NCBI GenBank assembly: GCA_902534685.1
Contig: CACAQP010000001.1
Location: forward strand, 1-51,627
DNA: 51,627 nt
Source: an uncultured Prochlorococcus sp.
GTDB taxonomy: Bacteria; Cyanobacteriota; Cyanobacteriia; PCC-6307; Cyanobiaceae
Direction: 5' to 3'
Part shown: positions 32,219 through 40,276 of the stretch, one piece after another
Layout: each line of letters opens with the position of its first letter
Position numbering within the stretch: the first letter of the stretch is position 1
Translations under genes and position numbers: made by a program
Notes under the pieces: model-generated
Databases searched by the model: none
What the model was told of the DNA's origin: nothing
Seen by the model: the letters and a program-made list of their open reading frames with translations, nothing else

Positions 32219-32398
32219 TCATTTTTCGCATCTTATTAGGTCAATACTGTTTGGATGTTCATTTATATATTTATTAAATTCCATTGCTAGTGTTCTAGCC
32301 TCGTAAGCGTCAGAAGCATAAAAACAATTTTCTAATCTTATATTTTGAAAATCACGATAATGCACTGTATATGGTTTCAACATATTATTTTTGTTCAT
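32219..32398 (-). CDS. 59-aa hypothetical protein (not in ORF track)
   Basis: MNKNNMLKPYTVHYRDFQNIRLENCFYASDAYEARTLAMEFNKYINEHPNSIDLIRCEK; protein-like composition; alternative start at 32383. Confidence 0.7.
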   Translation of the reverse strand: MNKNNMLKPYTVHYRDFQNIRLENCFYASDAYEARTLAMEFNKYINEHPNSIDLIRCEK

Positions 32399-32650
32399 TT
32401 TAATTTGCTAAAAAGCAATTACTTTATATATTAACCATGCATATGTTCTAAAATTTAAAGCACTACTTTTGTTGTTATCAAAATATATTCACTTAGATTA
32501 TGTATTTAAAAATACTTTATGAAGAAAAAAGTAATTAATCTATTTTTTTTTAGAGTTTTGCTTTTTACCTTCTATTAAAAAAACAAATTTAGATAAAATA
32601 TAACCAAAAACTGGGGCCCAAATCTTCTCATAAAAAAATTTCATAAAAAA

Positions 32651-32824
32651 TTAAGCAGCCAATGATTCGTCATCTTTAGTTTCATTTTTATTTATAAGCT
32701 TCAAATCTATAGAATTAAATAAATGTTGCATAACCATAAAATCAAGTTCCCCTTTCAACAAATTAACATCAGATGAAAGTAGATCATCAACAAAATCATC
32801 AAACGTTTCTGAAATCGGATTCAC
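32651..32824 (-). CDS. Acidic hypothetical protein, about 57 aa
   Basis: GTG start (MNPISETFDDFVDDLL...) within ORF 32651..32875; ends in ESLAA. Confidence 0.6.
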   Translation of the reverse strand: MNPISETFDDFVDDLLSSDVNLLKGELDFMVMQHLFNSIDLKLINKNETKDDESLAA

Positions 32825-32984
32825 AATATAAAAATTTATTTTTGCTATTATCATGGCATTAACAATAAAAGTCAACCAAATTTGAATATTAATTTTAGAA
32901 ATTTTTTAAAAAATAAATTAATACACAAAAAAATTTAAATAATAAATTTAAAATCAGACTCAAGGTCTTTGAATTAAATTTCAT

Positions 32985-33080
32985 TTATCTTGCTTTTCTT
33001 AATTTTATATTTCTCCTGTTTAGCATTATCAAAACGACAATACACATATTTGCTAAAAAGAAAATTATAGAAATAATCAT
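32985..33080 (-). CDS. Possible 31-aa membrane micropeptide
   Basis: MIISIIFFLANMCIVVLIMLNRRNIKLRKAR: hydrophobic helix plus basic tail. Confidence 0.4.
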   Translation of the reverse strand: MIISIIFFLANMCIVVLIMLNRRNIKLRKAR

Positions 33081-33204
33081 CAACCAATTTATTTATAGCA
33101 AGAGTATTTATGTGTTAATTCGAAAAGAATCACTAAAAATCTTTTATAAGCTATAAATTATTGATGAATATCAAATCTGATATTAAAAAAGCAAATTTCA
33201 TAAA

Positions 33205-33519
33205 TTACTTTTTAATTAGCTCGAAGTAACCTTTTTTATTTAATAAGTACTTATCAAACCAAAGGCTTAATAGGTTGTCTAATCCTATTCCATTCATTTT
33301 ATTTAATTGAGAAGTCTTATAGTCTGAGAGTGCAAGCAACAAATACGGAAAAATCATATCTGAAACCCCTTTTGGCAGTTTATCTAAAGGTAATCCATGT
33401 GCTCTATCCCATAAAATTTGCATATCCTGAGAGAAAAGAGAACTCCAATAACTAAAATTACAATATAACTTGTCTGGAGGAAGTAGATTTACAGATAGAA
33501 CTGGCGTAGATGAATTCAT
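33205..33519 (-). CDS. Hypothetical protein, 104 aa
   Basis: ATG-started ORF with normal composition; no recognised motif. Confidence 0.7.
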   Translation of the reverse strand: MNSSTPVLSVNLLPPDKLYCNFSYWSSLFSQDMQILWDRAHGLPLDKLPKGVSDMIFPYLLLALSDYKTSQLNKMNGIGLDNLLSLWFDKYLLNKKGYFELIKK

Positions 33520-33611
33520 AGGAAAAAATATTTTTTGGATAAATTGAATTTAAGTTTTCATAATGGTGATAAATAATTTCTAATATTCAAATCTCCTATA
33601 AATACAAATTA

Positions 33612-33645
33612 AATTTAACGCACAGTTCAGCACTTTACAACACTT
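33612..33645. repeat. Downstream copy of operator-like motifs at the end of the RHH gene
   Basis: AATTTAACGC (33612-33621) and AGTTCAGCACTT (33624-33635), followed by a tandem half-copy TACAACACTT. The first two recur exactly at 34069 and 34020. Confidence 0.7.
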
Positions 33646-34005
33646 TCATTTAGTATTATATTTATCCATCATTTCCTGAAATTTTAGGAATGATAAAAAC
33701 TTTTTATAAGTTTGCAAGTCAAAAGACTCCTGATTCTCTTCATTTATATAAGTTGATTTGATAGGCATAAAATTATTTCCTATATTAGTATCAGCTAAAT
33801 TTTTTGAATTATCGTATTTTGATTGATATAATTGAGTTATTTTACCATTTTTTTTATTAAATATACCTCTTGTAGAAAGTGCTTCTTCTACCAAAATACT
33901 TATTATTTTTGAATTACTTAAATTGTTCTCAGTGCTCAACTTTTCAATTATTCTCATAACATCTTCTCTAGGAATAAAACCAACTCTCTTTTTCTTGGTA
34001 GGCAT
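33646..34005 (-). CDS. Putative ribbon-helix-helix (CopG-like) DNA-binding protein
   Basis: KKKRVGFIP (beta) - EDVMRIIEKLSTE (helix A) - NLSNSKIISILVEEAL (helix B) pattern. Confidence 0.65.
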   Translation of the reverse strand: MPTKKKRVGFIPREDVMRIIEKLSTENNLSNSKIISILVEEALSTRGIFNKKNGKITQLYQSKYDNSKNLADTNIGNNFMPIKSTYINEENQESFDLQTYKKFLSFLKFQEMMDKYNTK

Positions 34006-34019
34006 TTAAAATTAAATAA

Positions 34020-34078
34020 AGTTCAGCACTTGACTGTAATAAGTGTTGCACTATATTCATTATATGTCAATTTAACGC
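34020..34078. promoter_or_regulatory. Overlapping divergent promoters with inverted-repeat operator
   Basis: AGTTCAGCACTT-N9-AAGTGTTGCACT (arms 10/12 complementary). Plus strand: TTGACT(34030)-16 nt-TATATT(34052). Minus strand: TTGACA at 34070-34065. Confidence 0.6.
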
Positions 34079-34080
34079 TA

Positions 34081-34230
34081 ATGATTTTACCAACAACATT
34101 ACTCTTAGGAGCCCTTGGATATCTTTTCTATACTTCAAAAAGAGAACTTTCACTAGATCACCATGAACTTATAGAGAACCAAATAGAGAATGATGATTTG
34201 TATAAAGATTTGGAAGATCTATTTATTTAA
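34081..34230 (+). CDS. 49-aa membrane-anchored acidic protein
   Basis: MILPTTLLLGALGYLFYTSKRE...DLEDLFI. ATG 34081 is preferred because the longer TTG start lies inside the promoter. Confidence 0.65.
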   Translation: MILPTTLLLGALGYLFYTSKRELSLDHHELIENQIENDDLYKDLEDLFI

Positions 34231-34322
34231 AATTACTGCATAGATATTAAAGAACTTTGTTTCTTGACTAAAGATATACAAAAACTCAAACATAATTAGA
34301 ATAGAAAAAAACCAAAAAATCA

Positions 34323-34619
34323 ATGACTGTCCATCAAGATTACGAAATAAACATCAATTTAAATGAATTGATAGAGAAAAGAATTCCATGTTGTGATTTA
34401 CTTCATCCAGATCATTGTCTAACAGAAAAACAGGTCTCTGAAATTGCACATGATATTCGCATGGATTTAAATTTGCATGATCTTTACAAGCAAGTGGATC
34501 AACACATTATGAATTATGTAAATGCAGCTGGTATTGATAACAAAGATCATTGGGTTGAACCTCATCTTCCAGATTTGGAGAGGGATTTAAAAGAAGAAGT
34601 TGGGATAGAGTTTGATTAA
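34323..34619 (+). CDS. His/Cys-rich acidic hypothetical protein, 98 aa
   Basis: Contains PCCDLLHPDHC and multiple His residues. Confidence 0.75.
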   Translation: MTVHQDYEININLNELIEKRIPCCDLLHPDHCLTEKQVSEIAHDIRMDLNLHDLYKQVDQHIMNYVNAAGIDNKDHWVEPHLPDLERDLKEEVGIEFD

Positions 34620-34642
34620 TCATTTTTCTTACAAAAAAAGAT

Positions 34643-34786
34643 TTAATATATGTATTTTTTTTCTAAATCATCAATTAATTTATAAATACTTTTAGCTGAT
34701 CTTTTTCTTTTTATTAATATTCTCAATACTAGATATCCAATAAATAATGCAAAAATAGGTGTAAAAATAATGATTTCATGATTCAT
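34643..34786 (-). CDS. 47-aa single-pass membrane protein (not in ORF track)
   Basis: MNHEIIIFTPIFALFIGYLVLRILIKRKRSAKSIYKLIDDLEKKYIY; TM helix followed by KRKR. Confidence 0.55.
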   Translation of the reverse strand: MNHEIIIFTPIFALFIGYLVLRILIKRKRSAKSIYKLIDDLEKKYIY

Positions 34787-34958
34787 AACCATCAAACAAA
34801 AGCCTTTTATTTAAACTATTAAATTTTCTGCATCAATAAAATAGGTACTTTATACAAACATCCTTCGCTATAAATAATTAAGATATTTTATAAAAAATTG
34901 AAAGGATACAAATTTTTTCATAAATTATGTAGAAATAAATTTTAATTCAATAATTATT

Positions 34959-35141
34959 ATGATTAATTATTTCGCTTTAACAGTTACTGAGATGGGGATC
35001 GGTAAAATAGAGTTAGCAATTGTTGGCGCAGTAATTTTAATATTTCCAATTTTATTTGTTTATGCTTCTAAAAACCTTGATACGAAGGGAGTTTTCGAAT
35101 GGATGATGGAGAAACCAAATGATTGGATTGGCAAAAAATAA
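34959..35141 (+). CDS. 60-aa single-pass membrane protein
   Basis: TM helix LAIVGAVILIFPILFVYA; C-terminal FEWMMEKPNDWIG. Confidence 0.7.
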   Translation: MINYFALTVTEMGIGKIELAIVGAVILIFPILFVYASKNLDTKGVFEWMMEKPNDWIGKK

Positions 35142-35162
35142 GACTCATACAATATACATTTT

Positions 35163-35504
35163 CTAGTTAAACATCAAATTTTCTAAATTACTAATATCGA
35201 AATCATAAACTTGGCAATTATTTTCTAAATCATTAACTATTGAATTTTTTAGTAGAGAATAATCTATCAACTTATTGAGTTTATTATTTTTAAATTCCTT
35301 ATTAGTTTCTCCAATAGCAAATGCCAAAGCTCCTTCATTAGAAATACCGAAGTTGGTAGTGTTGCAGTAAGTTCTAGTGAACTTGCTAGAAATCTTTTTA
35401 GTATACTTTTCAAGAGTTTTAGAAGAAGTATCCAATGAGTAGACTGGACTACTAAATAGAAAAAGCAAAGTTAAAATGAATATCGTAAAAACCCTTTTGA
35501 TCAT
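35163..35504 (-). CDS. Hypothetical secreted protein, 113 aa
   Basis: Signal peptide (…SPVYS) and two Cys (TYCN, NNCQ). Confidence 0.7.
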   Translation of the reverse strand: MIKRVFTIFILTLLFLFSSPVYSLDTSSKTLEKYTKKISSKFTRTYCNTTNFGISNEGALAFAIGETNKEFKNNKLNKLIDYSLLKNSIVNDLENNCQVYDFDISNLENLMFN

Positions 35505-35871
35505 AAAATTTCATAAATTGCAAAGTTAATATAATTTAGAATTCAACTCTGCCGACTAAGTTTTATTAAAAATATAAAAATTAAAAATATATTAACCAAA
35601 ACAGCTATTTCATATTTTTGAAGATAAAAACTCTCTAAATGAGTATTTTATAATTTGAATTTTTTTGGGTATTTTTTTTAAAAAACGCCTAAATGCTTTT
35701 GGCATAATAAAAAATCCAACACAATAATTAATAGATAACAAATAATACTTGGATATTCAATAAATAATTATCCAAAAATAAGTAAATTAATTATTAAATA
35801 TATGGATTGAGCTATGGAAAAGTATTTAAACATGAATTATTGTTTAATTAAGTAATAAATACAAAATTAAT

Positions 35872-36066
35872 ATGGCATTACCAGAACTTATTTATGCCCC
35901 TATAGATGGCGGAACAATACATAGATATGAGATTACTGGTGGCAAGAGAAAATTCTTAAGATTTATAGGTTGCTATTTGGGACAGTGCAATTTCCACAAA
36001 AATATTGATGATGCTATCGATTACATAAAAAGTTTGAAAGAATCACAAAAGATACAAAATATATGA
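35872..36066 (+). CDS. Hypothetical protein, 64 aa
   Basis: GGTIHRY...GCYLGQCNF motif; coding-like composition. Confidence 0.75.
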   Translation: MALPELIYAPIDGGTIHRYEITGGKRKFLRFIGCYLGQCNFHKNIDDAIDYIKSLKESQKIQNI

Positions 36067-36224
36067 AATAAAGATACACCAATTCGATAGGGACTCAATA
36101 TTTTTCAAGAACTAAATAATTATTGCTACAAATAATAGAGAATTTTCTTTTTATAAGTAATTGATTATTTACTTGGGTTATAGTACCGAAAAATAAACAG
36201 TCAATTTTTAAAAGAAATTAATTT

Positions 36225-37547
36225 ATGGAAAACAGACAAATTAATTTTTTTAAATCAAAAGACTTTAATACCGTTCTTAAGCCATTTAAAAAAGGAACGG
36301 TAGTAAAAATTGACTCGTTAGATATTAGAGAAAGTCCAAATGAATTAAAAATAGGTTTATTTGGTTGGTATGCAATTTGTCCTTCAAAAGAATTAAAAAA
36401 AAATAAGCTATATTATTTTTCTCTCTATGATGAGCCTCTAGTTCTTTATAGAGATGAGAATGAAGATGTTAGATGTATTAAAAATATATGTCCACATAGG
36501 GGGGCCTCCTTTTTTGAGGGAACATTATCAGATGGAGTAATAACTTGTCCATATCATGGGGCTAAATTCTCATCTGGTGGAAGTTGTCAAAATCTCGATA
36601 GAATAACATGCAGTCACATAGTTGATAATAATTACGATAACTACGCAAAAAGAATTCACTTATCTCAATACAAAGCTTCAGAAAAAAATGGATATATTTT
36701 TGTACATTTTTCTAAATATCCTGACATTGATATAAGTAATATAAGTGAAGATTCACCTATAACTAACTACGATTTATCTGATAATGGTTTTTTAGATAAG
36801 GATTTTGTATCCGAAGAGGTATTGGTTGACTTTAAATGTGATTGGTCAAGGATAATTGAAAATCACCTAGATATCCTTCATCTTTTTTGGGTTCATGGCG
36901 ATACAATCCCTGATAAAGATGTTAATAAAAACGTTCTTGTTAGTTTTAATCAGAAAATAAATGTTACTCCCAAGTACATTCAAAGTATTTATTACTATAA
37001 GAATGAACCTACAAAAGAATTTATTCGGATAAAATATATTCCGCCAGGAAGGATATTAATTTATAAAGGAGATCCTTATGCAGCTAGATATTTACAAGTT
37101 TTAGATCATATTCCACTAGGAAATAACAAATCAAGAGTAATAGTGAGACATTACAGAAAATTTTTAAAAAATAAACTACTTAATAACCTCATGTTATTTA
37201 AAGAGAATCAAAGAAAGATTTTTTATAAGATATTTGATGAGGATTATATGATTTTAAAAACACAAACATATAACCATAATATGGGGTTTATAAGTAAGGA
37301 TGAAATAAAATTATTGGGAGAAGATAGAATTATAAATTATTTTTGGAAATGGTACAAAAACTCTGAAGATAAAGATGAACCATGGAAAAATAATATAAAA
37401 AACCAAAATCTTGATGTATATGACAAAGTTATATTTAAATATCCACCTGAGATAAAGAAGTTAGAAATAATAAATAATTTGGATATTATTAGGAAAACAT
37501 TTTTACGATTTGCAGCTCCCCTGATATTTTTTATGTTATTAATATAA
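36225..37547 (+). CDS. cao: Rieske non-heme iron oxygenase, likely the Prochlorococcus chlorophyllide a oxygenase
   Basis: Rieske CPH...CPYHG and mononuclear Fe motif ENHLDILHLFWVH. The CAO identity is inferred from recalled gene context (next to ABC ATPase/Crp/ferritin). Confidence 0.75.
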   Translation: MENRQINFFKSKDFNTVLKPFKKGTVVKIDSLDIRESPNELKIGLFGWYAICPSKELKKNKLYYFSLYDEPLVLYRDENEDVRCIKNICPHRGASFFEGTLSDGVITCPYHGAKFSSGGSCQNLDRITCSHIVDNNYDNYAKRIHLSQYKASEKNGYIFVHFSKYPDIDISNISEDSPITNYDLSDNGFLDKDFVSEEVLVDFKCDWSRIIENHLDILHLFWVHGDTIPDKDVNKNVLVSFNQKINVTPKYIQSIYYYKNEPTKEFIRIKYIPPGRILIYKGDPYAARYLQVLDHIPLGNNKSRVIVRHYRKFLKNKLLNNLMLFKENQRKIFYKIFDEDYMILKTQTYNHNMGFISKDEIKLLGEDRIINYFWKWYKNSEDKDEPWKNNIKNQNLDVYDKVIFKYPPEIKKLEIINNLDIIRKTFLRFAAPLIFFMLLI

Positions 37548-37550
37548 TCT

Positions 37551-37652
37551 ATGAAGAAAATAAATAGACCTTCATGGTTGAATTGGCTTTATCTTTTTAT
37601 ATTTATATTAAGTTCAATTCAACTGATTATATTTTGGAGCAATAAGATTTAG
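37551..37652 (+). CDS. 33-aa membrane peptide (not in ORF track)
   Basis: MKKINRPSWLNWLYLFIFILSSIQLIIFWSNKI; 3-nt gap after the oxygenase stop; its TAG overlaps the next GTG. Confidence 0.7.
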   Translation: MKKINRPSWLNWLYLFIFILSSIQLIIFWSNKI

Positions 37653-38440
37653 TGGTTAATAACTTTTGGTTTGAGGCAAAAAATATAAATTGTTATAAAA
37701 ATGGCTCCAGACTAATTAAAGATTTAAATTTAAATATAGCTTTTTCGGAGAATGTAATATTAATTGGACCAAATGGTTCAGGCAAATCATCCTTAATTGA
37801 ATTAATTAATAGAAACATATACCCAGTAATAGATAATGGATCGAAACTTAAGATATTTAACAAAGAACTTATAAATTTATGGGAACTAAGAAAAAAAATA
37901 AGCACCGTAAATAATGATATAAAAAATAGAATAAATCCAAACCTGCAAGTTTTTGATCTAATTTTAAGTGGGCTATATGGAAAATATTGTTACATACAAA
38001 ATAAAACTGAAAAAGATTCTTATATGGTTGAAAAAATCATGAAAAATATGGATATATGTAATTTATCTAAAAAATATTTTTCCTATTTATCAGATGGAGA
38101 AAAACAAATTTCTCTCATTGCTAGGGCTTTAATCAACAAACCAGATATCTTAATCCTAGATGAACCAGTTGCAAATTTAGATTATAAGTCAAAATTTTTT
38201 GTAGTTGATAAGATAAATGAGCTATCAAAATTAAATACCAAAATTTTATGCGTAACTCATGATATTACAACGATAACAAAAATTTATGACAGGGTCATAA
38301 TGCTAAAAGATGGCAAAATAATCGCTGACGGGCATCAAAATAAGGTTATAAATAGTGAAAATCTCAATAAGTTATATGGAATTCAAGTAGAGGTAACTAA
38401 AAATAATGGACTTTGGAATATAAGGAGATTTTCTAAATAA
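37652..38440 (+). CDS. ABC transporter ATP-binding protein (orphan, ModF/FepC-like)
   Basis: GPNGSGKS, LSDGEKQ, ILDEP, VTHD. Confidence 0.88.
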   Translation: MVNNFWFEAKNINCYKNGSRLIKDLNLNIAFSENVILIGPNGSGKSSLIELINRNIYPVIDNGSKLKIFNKELINLWELRKKISTVNNDIKNRINPNLQVFDLILSGLYGKYCYIQNKTEKDSYMVEKIMKNMDICNLSKKYFSYLSDGEKQISLIARALINKPDILILDEPVANLDYKSKFFVVDKINELSKLNTKILCVTHDITTITKIYDRVIMLKDGKIIADGHQNKVINSENLNKLYGIQVEVTKNNGLWNIRRFSK

Positions 38441-38621
38441 CAATAATAAAAAAGGCTATCACAATAGCAAGAAATACTAATTTTTTAGTTTTTAAAAATG
38501 AAAATGATTTATTTTTAAATGAAGAAGATCCACATTTAGAACATACAATCTTACCTCCTAAAGATCGATCTGAGACGAATGAAGAACTTCCACAATTAAA
38601 ACATACTCTATTAACACTCAT
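38433..38621 (-). CDS. Membrane-anchored zinc-ribbon protein, 62 aa
   Basis: CFNCGSSSF...CSKCGSSSF plus C-terminal TM helix. Confidence 0.75.
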   Translation of the reverse strand: MSVNRVCFNCGSSSFVSDRSLGGKIVCSKCGSSSFKNKSFSFLKTKKLVFLAIVIAFFIIVI

Positions 38622-38696
38622 CTAAAAAAATTTTTTTAGCAATTCTATTTAAATTATATTGCTAAATACTATGTAAAGAAAAATTTAAAAAAATAT

Positions 38697-38766
38697 TATG
38701 ATAATGAGAATCTATTGCAATAAGCAATTTTATAGTGCATAATTGATAATAATTCTCATTATCATA
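38697..38766 (+). promoter_or_regulatory. Double Fur box upstream of the Crp-family gene
   Basis: 38700-38718 matches GATAATGATAATCATTATC at 14/19 and 38745-38763 at 16/19. Outer arms form a perfect 15-bp inverted repeat (TATGATAATGAGAAT / ATTCTCATTATCATA). Confidence 0.8.
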
Positions 38767-38775
38767 TTTTAATTA

Positions 38776-39363
38776 ATGAATTACTATAGTTATGTAGAAT
38801 CCTCTTCAAAATTAATACGTTTAGTAACTGGGCAATCTGTTTTAATAGATCCCTCATCAAGACCAAAAGGTACATGCTTAGAAGTTGAAGATGGAATTGC
38901 TAGGGTTTATTGCCCTTGCGAGGAAACTGAAGGAATGACACTTGCTTTTTTACAATCAGGTGATCAACTAAGGACCGACCTTTTATGTAGCGAAGGTGTC
39001 TGTGTTGAAGCACTAACAGATTTGTCTTTTCATAGCAATGTAAATATTGATCAGAATATTGGTTTCGATGCGGTAAATGAATGGACTTTGCAACTCCTTA
39101 GGATTAGACACTTAGGAAATGCAGAACAGCGATTACAAGCCTTGTTTTCAATACTAGTAAATCGTCTAGGTAGAAGATGTGGTCAATGGTGTGAGTTACC
39201 CTTTAGGTTGACTCATGAAAGGATTGGGGAATTAATCGGTTCTACACGAGTAACATCAACAAGATTAATTTCTAAATTAAGATCATCTGAGTTATTGATA
39301 GCTCCTATTGGGACCCAAACAGTCAGTGTTGCCCCTTCTTTTATTGAAACATCGCCGCTATAA
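38776..39363 (+). CDS. Crp/Fnr-family transcriptional regulator, Cys-rich
   Basis: HTH LTHERIGELIGSTRVTSTRLI; CPC and CSEGVC motifs. Confidence 0.9.
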   Translation: MNYYSYVESSSKLIRLVTGQSVLIDPSSRPKGTCLEVEDGIARVYCPCEETEGMTLAFLQSGDQLRTDLLCSEGVCVEALTDLSFHSNVNIDQNIGFDAVNEWTLQLLRIRHLGNAEQRLQALFSILVNRLGRRCGQWCELPFRLTHERIGELIGSTRVTSTRLISKLRSSELLIAPIGTQTVSVAPSFIETSPL

Positions 39364-39367
39364 AAAC

Positions 39368-39655
39368 ATGAAGGAATCACAATCAATTACAAACAACTTG
39401 TTAATGGAAGTTGATGTTTTATCGAATAGACTCAGAAATATCAAGCAATCCTACAAAACCACAGAAAATAAAGCATTAAAGGGAAGGTTATTTAATGAAA
39501 ACAAAAATATTTTTAAAAGAGTTAAGGAGATTTATAAAATAGCTGAACTCTTAAATAAAAATAATGGGAAAATCAACTTTTCGAATTTACTTTTTGAAAT
39601 AACCAAAAGGACATTGAATGAAAATAAATTTGAAAGTAATTTATTTTTTCTTTAA
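39368..39655 (+). CDS. Hypothetical helical protein co-oriented with the Crp gene
   Basis: ATG at 39368, 4-nt gap after the Crp stop (MKESQSITNNLL...); 95 aa. Confidence 0.7.
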   Translation: MKESQSITNNLLMEVDVLSNRLRNIKQSYKTTENKALKGRLFNENKNIFKRVKEIYKIAELLNKNNGKINFSNLLFEITKRTLNENKFESNLFFL

Positions 39656-40195
39656 ATCACTATCTATTAATAAGATTGCCGAAGGTTGATTAGAAGCAAA
39701 TTTAACCTTACCCAGTATGTTCGCAAATTCATCCTCTGATTGTGTTTGAGCCTCTATAATTGGATCTAGAAAAACGTTAGTTCTTGTATCTGAAAGTCTT
39801 TCTGATATGGAATAAAGTTGTTGAAGAGATGAAGTTAAATCAGCCTCCATATTAAAAGAATAAGAAATCAGCTCCTCTATAGAATCCCATGTCTGAACGG
39901 GTGCAGGAATTTCATCTAATTTTACGCTTTGTCCTCTTGCGATTAAGTAATCTGCAAATTTCTGAGCATGTTCCATTTCACCTTGTGATTCACTTAGAAA
40001 ATGAGAGGCAAATCCATTTAAATCACGTTCTTGAAACCATAGATACATAGAAAAATATTGAACATTGGCATATCTTTCCATTGTTAGATGTTCAAAAAGG
40101 TTTTCTAATAAACTATTGTCTATCGGTTGAGCAATTGCTCTTCCAGATGGACCAAAATTAATTAATTTCATTGTTTTTAAATTATTTTCATTCAT
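39641..40195 (-). CDS. ftn: Ferritin
   Basis: ERYA..QY, GFA.HF..ES..EMEHA, MEADLT ferroxidase-centre pattern; start may be 40195 or 40201. Confidence 0.93.
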   Translation of the reverse strand: MNENNLKTMKLINFGPSGRAIAQPIDNSLLENLFEHLTMERYANVQYFSMYLWFQERDLNGFASHFLSESQGEMEHAQKFADYLIARGQSVKLDEIPAPVQTWDSIEELISYSFNMEADLTSSLQQLYSISERLSDTRTNVFLDPIIEAQTQSEDEFANILGKVKFASNQPSAILLIDSDLKKK

Positions 40196-40276
40196 TTTCA
40201 AATAAAGATCTAAACAAATAATACAACATTTTGTATAAATTAGTAATTGATAAATCCTTTAAATTAAATAAAATAA

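Noticed and set aside
33612-33645. ATTTAAC-containing stretch as a dif/Xer site
   Set aside because: Only part of one arm resembles dif; there is no 11-6-11 structure.
33931-33941. Third near-copy of the operator motif (AGTGCTCAACT) inside the RHH gene
   Set aside because: Encodes the KLST residues; a 10/11 match in coding DNA could be chance.
35610-35705. 31-codon minus-strand ORF (MPKAFRRFLKKIPKKIQIIKYSFREFLSSKI)
   Set aside because: Built largely from homopolymer runs in very AT-rich DNA, with no supporting signal.
36155-36174. AAGTAA-N8-TTACTT inverted repeat upstream of the CAO-like gene
   Set aside because: GTA-N10-TAC does not fit NtcA, and short AT-rich repeats are expected by chance.
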